Assembly: GCA_026770705.1 (NCBI GenBank)
Contig: JANJGN010000031.1
Coordinates: 1,116,001 to 1,180,000 of the forward strand
Direction: 5' to 3'
DNA: 64,000 nt
From: Isurus oxyrinchus
Lineage: Eukaryota
Under the pieces are notes generated by a model. That model was not told the DNA's origin and ran no database searches. It saw only the letters and a list, made by a program, of their open reading frames with translations. The position numbers and the translations under genes were made by a program. Below, piece after piece: positions 12,190 to 23,509 of the stretch. Position 1 is the first letter of the stretch. Every line of letters begins with the position of its first letter.

Positions 12190-13230
12190 CCAAGGACATC
12201 ATTACTGGAGTTCCTCAGGGCAGTGTCCTAGGCCCAACCATCTTCAACTGCTTCATTAATGACCTTTCCATCATAAGGTCAGAAGTGAGGATGTTCGCTG
12301 ATGACTGCACAACGTTCAGCACCTTTCAAAACTCCTCAGATGCTGAAGCAGCCCATGTCCATATGCAGCAAGACGTGGACAACATTGAGATTCGGGCTGA
12401 TCAGTGGTTAGCAACATTCGCACCCACACAAGTCCCAGGCAATGACCATCTGTGACAAAAATAATCAAATCATCTCCCCTTGACACCTAATTGCACTGCA
12501 ATCGCTGAATTCCCCTTGCTCAGCATTCGAGGGTTGGAGGGGGGAGGTGGGGGGGTGGTGGTGGGGGGGTGGTAGAGGGCGTCCTCGGTCGCGGGGAGTG
12601 GGGATGTGTCGGGTTCCCATTGATCAGAAACCGGACCGGGCCAGCCATATTCATATTTTGTCTACAAGAGCAGGTCAGAGGCTGGGAGTTCTGCAGCGAG
12701 TAACTCACCTCCTGACTTCCCAAATGTTGTCCACAAGCTACAAGGCCCAAGGCTCAAGTGTGATGGAATACTCTCCACTTGCCTGGATGAGTGCAGTTTC
12801 CACAATACTTTAGGAGCTTACCACCATTCAGGGCAAAGCAGCTTCTTGATTGTCACCCCTCCCACAAACATTCACTCCCTCCAACACCGATGCACAGTTG
12901 CAGCAGTGTGTATTACTAAAAACAATTCGCCAAGGCTCCTGGATAGCAGCTTCCAATTCCACGATATCTACCACTGAGAATGCAAAGGGCAGCAGACCCA
13001 TGTTATCAGCACGACCTGCACGTTCCCCTCCAAATCACATCCCAGCCTGACTTGGAAATATATCCACGTTCCTTCATTGGCCAATCCTGGAATCCCCTAA
13101 CAGCACTGTGGATGTACCTGCAGCACGGCTGCAGTGGTTCAAGAAGGCAGTTCACCGCCACCTTCTCAAAGGCAACAAGGGATGAAAAATAAATGCTGGC
13201 CCAGCCAGCGAAGCCCACATCCCTTAATGT
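12190..13230 (+). mobile_element. Second LINE family 3' fragment with G-rich insert (about 12535-12605)
   Basis: PQGSVLGPTIFNCFINDL, SVMEYSPLAWMSA and the family 3' tail. Confidence 0.85.
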
Positions 13231-13589
13231 AAAACGGCAGCATGAGAAAAACGGCAGCTTCTCCAGATCCTTTGCATAAGTGAATCCCCTCAACCCCGGT
13301 ACCATTCCCGTAAATCTCCCTCTAACTTACCCAGTGGCAAGGCGCCGAAAGCAGATACATGGGAAATATTTCATCTTAGAAGGTTTAAATGTCTTAGTGA
13401 TATTTCACACTACAAAGTCAAGCGGCCTCTGTGCATAGTTAATCTCCGAGACACCTGCCTCCTTATGGCGGTTTCAAAACTATTGTAAACCGTTAACCCG
13501 CTACTGAAGATGTGTTTTTTAACATGGTTTAAAACAAAATAAGAGTTCAGGCCAGTGAATAAGTAACCCTTTCAGTCTCGTTTAGCAAC

Positions 13590-13955
13590 TCGATAGCATC
13601 GTAGTTATCTTACTGAGCAAGGAATCCAGAGGCTTCGACCAATGATCCAGAGACATGAGCTCAGATCCCACCGGGGCAGCAATGGGATTTAAATATAATT
13701 AAATACTTAAAAAAATTGAAATGCAAAGCTGCTATCATAAGTCATTGTCATTAATCTACCAGGCTGCCTTAAAAACATCCCATTGATCTCACTGACGGAA
13801 GGAAATATGCAGCCCTCAGTCGGACTGACCCATATGTGAGTCCAGACTCATAGTAATGCCGTTAATTATTAACAGCCCCTTGAAATGGCCTGGAAGACCA
13901 CTCAACTGTAGTCCAGGTGGCACCTCACCACTTTCTCAAGGACAACTAAGGATGC
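13590..13955 (+). mobile_element. SINE with LINE-derived tail
   Basis: Similar to 2860-3220 and 59630-60090. Confidence 0.55.
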
Positions 13956-14795
13956 GAAAAGGCAGACAAATAGGGCGGTGGGATCATTTCCGTACAGCTG
14001 AGAGAAAAGTCGCTTTAACAAAACAACAAAATTGGGACACGCCTGAGATGGAAGCGCTCGCTCAGCACTGCCCCCTCAGTCCACATGCCTTGGGTGATTT
14101 AATAAAACCGGAATTGTAAATTTCCCTGTCTGAAACAAGAGAGCACTTTAATCCAACAATTTTACATGCTCTATGGAAACATTGAATCGTACGTCGGCCC
14201 TTCTGTCCTGTGCTAGCATTTTGAAAGAGACGTCAAAGAGAGTTCTGACACACTACTTCATTTCACCCTCTCAGCACATGCTTCTATTCCTCCCTCCCTT
14301 ACGCCCTCATCTTGCTTCCTTTTAAATGTTATTTACTTCAGTAATTTTGTGTCCATAGCTTTCCAGCAACAGGTGATTTTCCTGGATTTATTAGCGACTG
14401 CATATTATTTATGGCTCCTAGCTTTTGTCTCCCCAGTAAAATCTCTCTCTCTCTCTCTCTTACTTGTTCCGTCTCCATAGGCCTCTGTTTAATTTTTCAA
14501 GCATTTACCCAATTTTGTTTTGAATGTCACTGTTGACTCTGCACACTTCCAGCCACGAGCTTTACAGGCAGTACACCTCGTCGCATAAAGCGCCTCGTTG
14601 CTTACCACATAGAATTTGTGTCAACTATTTTATGCTGATGACCTCTTTTCACCAATTACCCGTTAGAAGACTGAACTCTTATTAATAACTCCATCAATCC
14701 CCTTTCTAAACTTGAATGGCTGTATTAAATTCCTCCCTAGCCGTCTGTTTTGTGAAGTAATTGGATGATGATGGTTTCACGTGATACGTACACAA

Positions 14796-14805
14796 AGTGA
14801 TGACA
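14796..14805 (+). promoter_or_regulatory. Vbeta promoter decamer (CRE-like) candidate
   Basis: AGTGATGACA, one mismatch from the mammalian Vbeta decamer AGTGAYRTCA. It lies about 105 bp upstream of the leader ATG, next to a CACGTG and a CAGGATG. Confidence 0.5.
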
Positions 14806-14910
14806 ACAGGATGTTCCGCATTGAATTAGATAGAACAGAAAAACCGCCCCCAAAGGTGATATTGAACTATTCTCCGTTCCCACATCGAGCTTGTGTCGAA
14901 TGAATAAAAC

Positions 14911-15859
14911 ATGTTGCATAAAGTTCACTTTGCATTTCTTATGGTTACACTGTTCCCAAGTAAGTCAAATTATTAACATTTGTAGAATATTGCATGTTAA
15001 TGTCAGCTTTCGTTCAGTTGGTAATAGCCTTCCATCTGAAGAGAAAGTCATAGGTTCGAGACGTACTCCAGATAACTGAGCTCAAAACCAATGCTGATAC
15101 TCCAGTTGTCACCACTGAGGAAGTGTTTAACAGTCGGAGAGGCAGTACTAAAGAATCGCTCTTCAATTTCTGAAGTAGTCCTGAGAGAGCGCTGCCCTGT
15201 TGCAGACGCCCTATTTTTGGGTGTAAATAGAATTGCCCCTTCAGGTGGATTTAAGTAATCCCACAGAAGATCAGCACGGAGTTCTTCCCCGTGTCCTGTG
15301 CGAACCTTTAAACATGTATCTCTTCAAAAGTCCTTATGAGCTTCTCATTATTACATTGCTGTTTGTTGGACTCTTGCAGTGCACAAATTGGCCGCAGTGT
15401 TTGCCCCATTTCAGCAGGAGTGCACTTTAAAAGTATTATATCGTATACATTTGTGATGTTATGCTGTTTTAACAGGCACTGTAAGCTCTTTCTTTCTTGC
15501 AATGTAACACTGCTTTAATCGATTATTGTCAGATATAAAAATCTAATCGAATTTCCATTCAACAGGAATATTCGCCTCTTACGTGGAACAGTCGCCTTCT
15601 GTTTTATCGCTTGCAGCAGCAGAATCGACAACACTGAGATGTAAGCTGACGAATACTAACTATCGCAATATGCTTTGGTACAGACAACGACCAGATCGGA
15701 CATTAGAAGCTCTTTTCAGTTCTGCTGGAGCAGGGAATGTTATGAATTACACACTTGAGTCGTTTAAGGCCGAGAGAATCAATAATACGCTGTTTACAAT
15801 GAAACTGAGTAACGCCTCTCCATCTCACACCGCTGTCTACTTCTGTGTCTGTAGTATCG
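14911..15859 (+). CDS. TRBV: Apparently functional TCR beta V gene segment (leader 14911-14959, V exon 15566-15859)
   Basis: Leader MLHKVHFAFLMVTLFP + GTAAGT, phase-1 splice to aacag/GA. Open frame RIFASYVEQSPSVLSLAAAESTTLRCKLTNTNYRNMLWYRQRPDRTLEALFSSAGAG...SHTAVYFCVCS with both canonical Cys and WYRQ; good 23-RSS. Confidence 0.92.
15005..15440 (+). mobile_element. tRNA-derived Deu-domain SINE (SacSINE1-like) in the leader intron
   Basis: A-box-like gttcagttggt, B-box ggttcgaga, Deu-like core (ctgaggaagtg, caggtggat, gttcttccccgtgtcctg, cacaaattggc). Confidence 0.7.
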
Positions 15860-15898
15860 CACAGCGTTTGGGAAAGATGGATTGCAGCTACAAAAACC
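15860..15898 (+). promoter_or_regulatory. 23-RSS
   Basis: CACAGCG + 23 bp + ACAAAAACC. Confidence 0.95.
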
Positions 15899-17404
15899 TG
15901 CATGGGGTGAACGGGCGCCCATGGGTGCTCCTTTACCACTGCCAGGCGTCTGTAATAAGTGACGATTTAGTGCATCTTCTCTAGCCAACAGGTCGTGAAA
16001 TCACAAAATGACACCGCACAGAAGGAGTCCCAATATCATGTCCAGTGTTTTGCGATCACTATCCAATTAATCATTCCCTCCCCCTCCAAAGCCTTGCTAA
16101 TTGTTTCTTTTTACATGGACTCCATTTCCTTTGGAACTTGTTTTTTAACCAGCTCCCTACACCCGTTCAGATAATGATTTGAAGATCATAAAAATTGACT
16201 GCATAATTAACACATTACCTCTTCTCTCTCATTCATTTCATTCCCAATCACTTTACATCGACCTCCTTTGGTTATCCATTCATTGCCACAGGGAGGAATT
16301 TCTCCGCATCGAAGCTCCAAAAACCTTTCGTTATTTGAAAATATTCAATCAACAGCAAAAAAGTGCAAATGTGCAAGACATGGTGCAACAGACTGTCAGC
16401 CACCTAACAACAAAATGCAAAATCTTTATTGAGATTGCAGTAATATATAAAACTTTCTTTGTTTCTTGAAGGTAAGATTTTGCTGAATTCGAGGATCAGA
16501 TGCATAAAAATCGCATCGTATTTCATCAACCTTTAAAAATAGACTAACATTTCAGCGTGCAGGGGCCATAATTTGCACCTGCAGAGTTAACAAATAAAAA
16601 AAAATTACGCATTTGTCGAAAAATATTAAATCAGATCCTACCTTGAGATTGCATTTAATCTCCAATTAAGCGCCCCTGCATTTTGCAGAACCGCAACTGC
16701 TCCAGTCTGTTCTACTGAAACCTGATGAATGCATCTGTTTTGGATACCTTCTAAATCCTTGTTGTTAATATTGCACCACATACCGGCGAAAGCACAGACT
16801 GGAACTGCAGCTCTATACTCACGCCAGGGGAATAGCTGCATTCATTTCTACCACAAGTTGGGAGCAGTAACGTCATGTGAACGTTGACCAAGGTTTTTTA
16901 CACGACAAATTCTTCACAGAATCACAGAATTGACAGGGCACAGAAGGAGATCATTCGTGACGGTGCTCGCAGCGTTTTTAAATCAGCACTGCTAGCTGGA
17001 ATCTAGTTGGTGGGGGGGCGAGAACAGGGAACTGAAGCATATTAGGGTTAAATGAGGAGTGCGACGCAACCTACTTTGTGCATTTTCAGTATTAGTTCAA
17101 TGGTTCGAACCTACAGCTTTCTGAATCTGACGTAGAATTGATACAATCATCCAGGCTGATGCTTAGCTGCCAATGCTGAGACGGTGCCGCACTGACGGTG
17201 GGTAGCACTGACGGAGAGCTACATTATCACAGGTGTCACCCTAAATCTGAAGAAGAGTCATATTGGACTTGAAACGTTAACCGTGTTTCTCTCTTCACAG
17301 ATGCTGCCAGACCTATTGAGTTCTCCCAATATTTTCGTTTTTTCTTGCTGTAATTCGGTATGCCTTCTCCGATGAATGTAACAGAACAATGAATGAAAGG
17401 AAGA

Positions 17405-17810
17405 AGACAGTTTATTTTGCAAAGTTAAAGGCCCGGGCCAACCCAGAAACTTAAATATTGTTAAATCGTGTTCACTGTTGCAATGTAGAAAGCCTTGCAG
17501 CAGTCAATTTTCGCACAGAAAGCTCTCACAAACAGAAATATGATGTATGGTTACTAGACCTGTTTCAGCAATTAGTATTGGCTCAGGAAACTAGGGGGAA
17601 ATGTTGGGAACTCTTTCCAATAGTGCCCTTAAAATGATATGAATCGATCTGAGAGGTCCTTGTTTCCGTTCCGTCCGAAACAAGGGATCATCGACTGGAG
17701 CATTCCCCGAGTGCTGACACGAGCAGCCATGTCCTGCGTAATTTGCTCAAGTCTCTGTCGTCGGGCTCGAAACTTCTGAATGAGAGTTCTATCAGCTGAG
17801 TTACGACTGA
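17405..17810 (-). mobile_element. Deu-domain SINE, degraded
   Basis: Reverse-strand match to the SINE at 15005-15440. Confidence 0.6.
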
Positions 17811-18591
17811 CACATGTTGAGGCAGCAAAACTATTCAAAAATAGGAACACTGCGATGGAGAAAGAAACACTTTTCCATGAACACTGTCATGTGGACTGTC
17901 ATATCAATCATGTCATTGGCTTTGGAAAATCAAATAACCCATCGATTGTGGTTAGACAGGATTAATCCCCGGAATGTTCCAGAGTACCAAAGCAATGAAG
18001 TTACGCAAAATCTCCATCAAACCCTGCTTTTGCCTCAGATGGTGTAGTCCTTCCACCTCTCTGCATCAGATTTTAGATAGGATGAATAGGACCTGGGAGA
18101 AATCTAAAAAAATGCGCTGGGTCTTGAGGACTCTACTTTTATGGAGATGCGAGAGAAGTTCCTTTTCACTTTGGAACTGGGCAGATTAAGGGATACTTAA
18201 ATACAATATTACGTGGAGTTTCCATCCAGTAAATGAGGAGAACCTGTTCCCACTGGGAGGACTGCGGGTACCAGGAGACACAGATTAGAGAGAACTAGTA
18301 AAGGAACAGAGTGAGGGGTGAAGGCAATTTACCTTAACACAGCGAGATGTCATTCCCGGGACTGTACCTCCTAAAAGGATGATGGAAGTAAATTCAATTA
18401 TAACTTTCAAAAGGGAATTCGTCATTGAGCATGATAATGTTTAAGAAAGATGAGGAACAACTATAGGGGAATTGGGAATAATTGAATAATTTCATTTTCC
18501 AACGAGCCTTCCAGGCATTATTGACCAAATGTTTTCTTCCACACTGTTTAATTCTATGATAACCAATTTTATTGCTTCCTTGTTTAGACAG

Positions 18592-18893
18592 AATTGTCCG
18601 CTTCTGTTCACACCGGGTATTAGGCTATGATGAGATGTGGACTGAGGAACTAACGATCCAGAACTGTTCTTTCACCAATAAAGGGGAAACGGGGAACTCG
18701 TCTCTCTATTCTATTCTACCATGACCGCCCACATTTCCAGTTACACGGCGGAATCACTTTAAAGTCCAGAGATTCAGCAATGCCCAATTTAGCTTGGAGC
18801 TCTCCAGGACCCACCCCTAGCACTCCATCGTCCACTTCTGGGCATGCAATGGCGCACGGCGCGTGAAAACACCAGCTGCCTGACACAAAATGA
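18592..18893 (+). pseudogene. TRBV: Degraded V pseudogene related to the 15566 V, with 23-RSS
   Basis: GELVSLFYSTMTAHISSYTAES / FKVQRFSNAQFSLELSRTHP*HSIVHFWACN; CACGGCG(18855) + 23 bp + ACAAAATGA. Confidence 0.8.
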
Positions 18894-19444
18894 TGGACAA
18901 CCTAAAAATAATCCACAATAATGCGGTGGTGTCAACGTCCAGAATTTGACCCGTTGTATTCAACACCGCAAGCAACTCAGATCTCCTCCACTGCTCATTC
19001 AGTCCACAGAGATTTGGATGGTTCTAATTTTATCCACGATCATCTCCTTTCACTGAATCAATCACAGAATTGTTGCAGCAAAGATGGAAAGCATTCGGAC
19101 CATCGTATCTGCAACGGCTCTCCAAATGAACATCATGACTTACTGCCATTGCGCTGTTTTTTTTTTATTTTCCCTATAATGCGAATCATAGGATTGCATA
19201 CGATCTAAGACACAGAAACATTCAGTCCATGCTTGCGATTATGCTGCAATCGAGCCTCCTCCAAAATTCCCACATCTAAATCTACCATCCTAACCCCCAT
19301 TCACATCTTCCTTATAGGTGTGTCTCTCCAGCCCTGCGATTCATTTCTACTGCTCACTTTATCCACTCCCGATATCCAAGTGTGCCTGATTCTTGTCAAT
19401 CTCAAGGTACAGAACGTTTTATTTCTGAATTCACGACTGGGTTT

Positions 19445-21850
19445 CTTGTTTATTTCATTCATGGGATGCGGAGGTCGGTGACTAGGCCAGCATTTATTGT
19501 TTATCGCTAATTGCGCTTGAGAAAGTGGTGTTGAGCTGCCTTATTAAACATATGCAATCCATGAGGTGTAGATATACCCACAGTGCTGTTAGGGAGGGAG
19601 TTCACGATTTTGACCCAGCGACAGTGAACGAACAGCGATATCAGGATGGTGAGTGGTTTGGAGGGGAACCAACAGGTGGTAGTGTTCCCATGTGTCTGCT
19701 GCCGTTGTCCTTCTAGGTGATAGCGGTCATGGGGCCTTGGTGAGTTCCTATGGTGCATCTTGCAGATGGTGCACATTGCTGCCACTGTGTATCAGTGGTG
19801 GAGGGAGTGATGGATCTGTTTCTTGATATCACGAGGAATGAATCGAAATGGCTAAAGATTGGCATCTGTGATGCCAGGGACCTCCGGAGGAGGCCGGGAT
19901 CTATAACTTACTCGGCACTTCTGGGTGAAGTTTCTTGCGAATACTTCAGCCTCATCTTTTGCAATGATGTGCGAGACACTTCCATCAGTGAGGATGGGAA
20001 CAATTGTGGAAACTTTTCCTCCAGTGAGTTGTTTAATTGCCCATCACCATTCACGACTGGATGTTCCGCTATTTAGGAAGGGTTGTAGAGATAAGCCAGG
20101 GACCTACAGACCAGCGAATCTCACATCAGTGGTAGGGAAACTTTTGGAGAACATTCTGAAGGAGAGAATCTATCTCCATCCTAAGAGGTAAGGTTTGATC
20201 AGGGAGAGTCAGCATGGCTTTGTCAGAGGGAAGTCATGCCTAACAAATTTCAATGAAATTTTTAAAGGAGGTAGTCATTTGTGTAGATCAGGGTAATGCA
20301 GCTGATGTAGTTTACAAGGATTTCAGCAAAGCTTTTGACAAGGTCCCACATGGGAGTCTTATAAAGGAGGCAAATGCACATGAGATACAGTGTAATTTGA
20401 TAAGGTGGACTCAAAATAAACTGAGTTGTAGGAGACAGAGGGCGATGCTAGAAGGATGCTTTAGTGACTGGAAGACATTGTGCAGTGGCGTATCACAGGG
20501 ATTTTTGCTTGGTCCCCAATTATTTGTTATTTATGTAAACAACATATATGACTGTGCTCGGAGTAGGATTAGTAAGTTTGCGGATAATACAAAGATTGGC
20601 TGGGCAGTTAACAGTGATGTTGAGTGTATTGGTCTACAGGAATATATAGACCGGATGGTCAAATGAGCAGATAAGTGGCAGATGCAATATGGCCCTGAAA
20701 TACGTGAGTTGATACAATTTGGAAAGAGTAAGTTGATAAGGCAGTATTCAATGAACGGCATGACACTAGGAAGTTTCGAGGAACAAAGGGACCTTGGCGC
20801 CTGTGTTCATAGATCTTTGAAGGCGGAGGGGCATGTCAATGGGGTGGTGAAAAAGGTTTATTGCACGCTTGACTTTATCAATCGAGGCATAGTTTACAAA
20901 AGTAGAGAGGTCATGTTGGAGTTGTATAGAACCTTGGTGAGGCCACAGCTGGAGTACTGTGTGCAGTTCTGGTCGTTACATTATAGGAAAGATGTGATTG
21001 CCTGGAATGAAACATTTAAGTTATGAAAAGGGATTGGATAGACTTGGGATGCTTTTGTTGGACCAGAGAAGACTGATGGGTGACCTCAGCGAGGTGTACA
21101 AGATTATGAGGGGCATGCACAGGTTGGATAGGGAGCAGCTGTTACACTTAGCTGAAAGAACATAAGTTCAAGATGAGGAGCAGAAGGTTTATGGGGATGT
21201 GAGGAAAATAATTTTTACCCAGAGGGTGGTGAAGTTCTGGAATGCACTGCCTGGGAGGGTGGTGGAGGCAGGTTGCCTCACATCCTTTAGAAAGTAGCTG
21301 GATGGCCAATTGACATACCATAACATTCAAGGCTATGGGCCAAGTGCTGGTAAATGGGATTATGTAGTTAGGTCAGGTGTTTCTCAAGTGTCACCGCAGG
21401 CTCGATGTGCCAAATGGCCTCTTCTGCACTGTGTGATTCTGTGATTATGTGTTTCTGGGCCTGCACAGATTGGTTCGTTGATTGTGGAATCCCTTACCCC
21501 TGTCTATCACTTTCTGCTTATGCTGTTTGGCAATGGAGTAGTCCTGTATTGCAGCATTACCAAGTTGACAACTTATTTTCAGATATGCCGTGTGCTGCCC
21601 CTAGCTTTTCCTCTTGCACTCTTTTTTGAGCCAGTGTTGATCCACTGGCTTGATGGTAATCGTAGAGTGGGGGGTATGCTGGGCCATCTGGTTACAGATA
21701 TTGTTGAGTACAATTCTCCAGCTGCTTACGGCCCACACCGCCTCATAGGTGCCCAGTTTTGAGTTACTAGATCTGCTCTAAATCCAGCCTATTGAGCACG
21801 GTGTTAGTGCCACACAACACGATGGAGAGTATCATCAATGTGAACTTCGA
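19445..21850 (-). mobile_element. Second LINE family fragment split by a nested CR1 (host parts about 19445-20064 and 21450-21850)
   Basis: Family tail at 19445-19540; the sequence resumes after the CR1 in register with the copy at 55.7-56.0 kb. Confidence 0.75.
20065..21448 (+). mobile_element. CR1-type LINE (RT to 3' tail), nested
   Basis: VPLFRKGCRDKPGTYRP, YKDFSKAFDKVPH, KFADNTK, LVRPQLEYCVQFWS; ends ctgtgtgattctgtgatt. Confidence 0.93.
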
Positions 21851-21984
21851 CTCTAGAAGAAGTCTGGGTGGGGTAAACTAATCGAATTCTTTAACATTCT
21901 GGAAGGTTTTGAGCAGTGGATACGCTGAAAATGTTTCCTCTTGATGTAAAGTGCATAGCTCGACGCCACCAGTCGAAGATAGTC

Positions 21985-22615
21985 ACCAGAAACTGAACTG
22001 GACTGGCCATGTATGTACTGTGACCAGAAGAGCAGGCCAGCGGCTAGGAAACCTGTGGCGAATAACTCACCTCCTGACTCCCTAAAGCCTGTCCACCATC
22101 TACAAGGCACAAGTCAGGAGTGTGATAGAATACTCTCCACTTGTCTGGACGAGTGCGGCTCCAATGGTCAGGAAGCTTGGCACCATCCAGGACAAAGCAG
22201 CCCACATGATTGGCACCACATCCACAAACATTCACTCCCTCCACCACTGACGCACAGCATTGCATATAATCTAAAAGATGCCTTGCAGAAACTCGCCAAG
22301 GCTCCTTCAGCAGCACCTTCCAAACCCACGTCCGCTACAATCTCAAAGGACGAGAACAGCAGATACATTGGAAGGCCTCCACCTGGAAGTGCCCCTTCAA
22401 TTTACACATCATCCTGACATGGAAATATATCATGTTCCATCACTGTCGTGGGTTCAAAATCCTGGAACTCCCTCCCTAACAGCACTGTGGGTGTACATAG
22501 TCAATATAGACTGCAGCGGTTCAAGAAGGCAGTTCATCACCACCTTCTCAAGCGCAACGAAGGATGAGCTATAAATGCTGGCATAGCCAGTGACGCCTAC
22601 ACCCCTAAATTAATG
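21985..22615 (+). mobile_element. Second LINE family 3' fragment
   Basis: Matches 8410-9040 and 12630-13230, including the tail. Confidence 0.85.
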
Positions 22616-23509
22616 AAAGATATCCATGCATTTCTGGTATCACCCTTTCAAGTACTCTCAAGTGCCTATGTTCTTTTCACTTAACACCACGACCATGTAT
22701 GGTCTATGCTACTTTTGTTGCAGGTTTGGCATACCTCCGCTACTTTCTCAAAGGGGTATTTCAGATGTGCGCTGTGTTCCTGGCCTAAATGCTAATATTC
22801 ACATTGCAACTGAGACTTGATAGCATTTTTAGAAAGTTAATATTATTTCCTTTTGTAATATTTTAACTGCTGCATAAAATGGCCCAATGAGCAATGTGTG
22901 CATCCCGTGACTGAGCTAGTGGAGCAGTAGCTGGAAGGGAGTAAACTTCAGATGATGGTGAGGTGGGCGTGTCTTGCTAGTTATTAAACTGCTGAGGGCA
23001 AAGATGTTAATTCTGAAGGCGATCGGAATGGCGATTATAAATATTTGCCTAAGACAGTGAAGATGGGTCTGTTTATGAGTATGAATGCTGTAATGATTAG
23101 AGTGGCAATGAAGGCCACTGAACGGTTCTGGTGTTGGGGTTCCACATCTCCACTAATTTTTCTGCGAATAATTGCTTCATTACATCATCACCAGTTCCAA
23201 TTTAAGTTTATGCCCCCGTTGCTCTGGATTCCAGACTCTCCGCAGGAGAGGAAATAGCTTCAACTTTCAAATCACACCTCACCTCGCCAGATGATCCATT
23301 CAGTATTAGCGATGACAACAGGGGAACGGGACGTTTTCCATGAACCACTAGTAAGACCTGGATATGCAAAGCCACTAGTGACTTTTCCACACACATTTTG
23401 ATGAGGAGAAGTGATTATTTTTGTGATACTGGAAGTGACATGTCAGAAGGAAACCCAGCTTCGCCTGGTGTCAAGTCCTGAAATCAATTTTGCACCAGAG
23501 CAATGACCT

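Noticed and set aside
16440-16900. Possible leader donor (gaag/gtaag) and V relic after ttttgcag
   Set aside because: No Cys, Trp, YYC or RSS can be placed with confidence.
23000-23500. Acidic stretch suggesting a piggyBac-like transposase N-terminus
   Set aside because: No terminal repeats, TTAA junctions or catalytic motifs identifiable.
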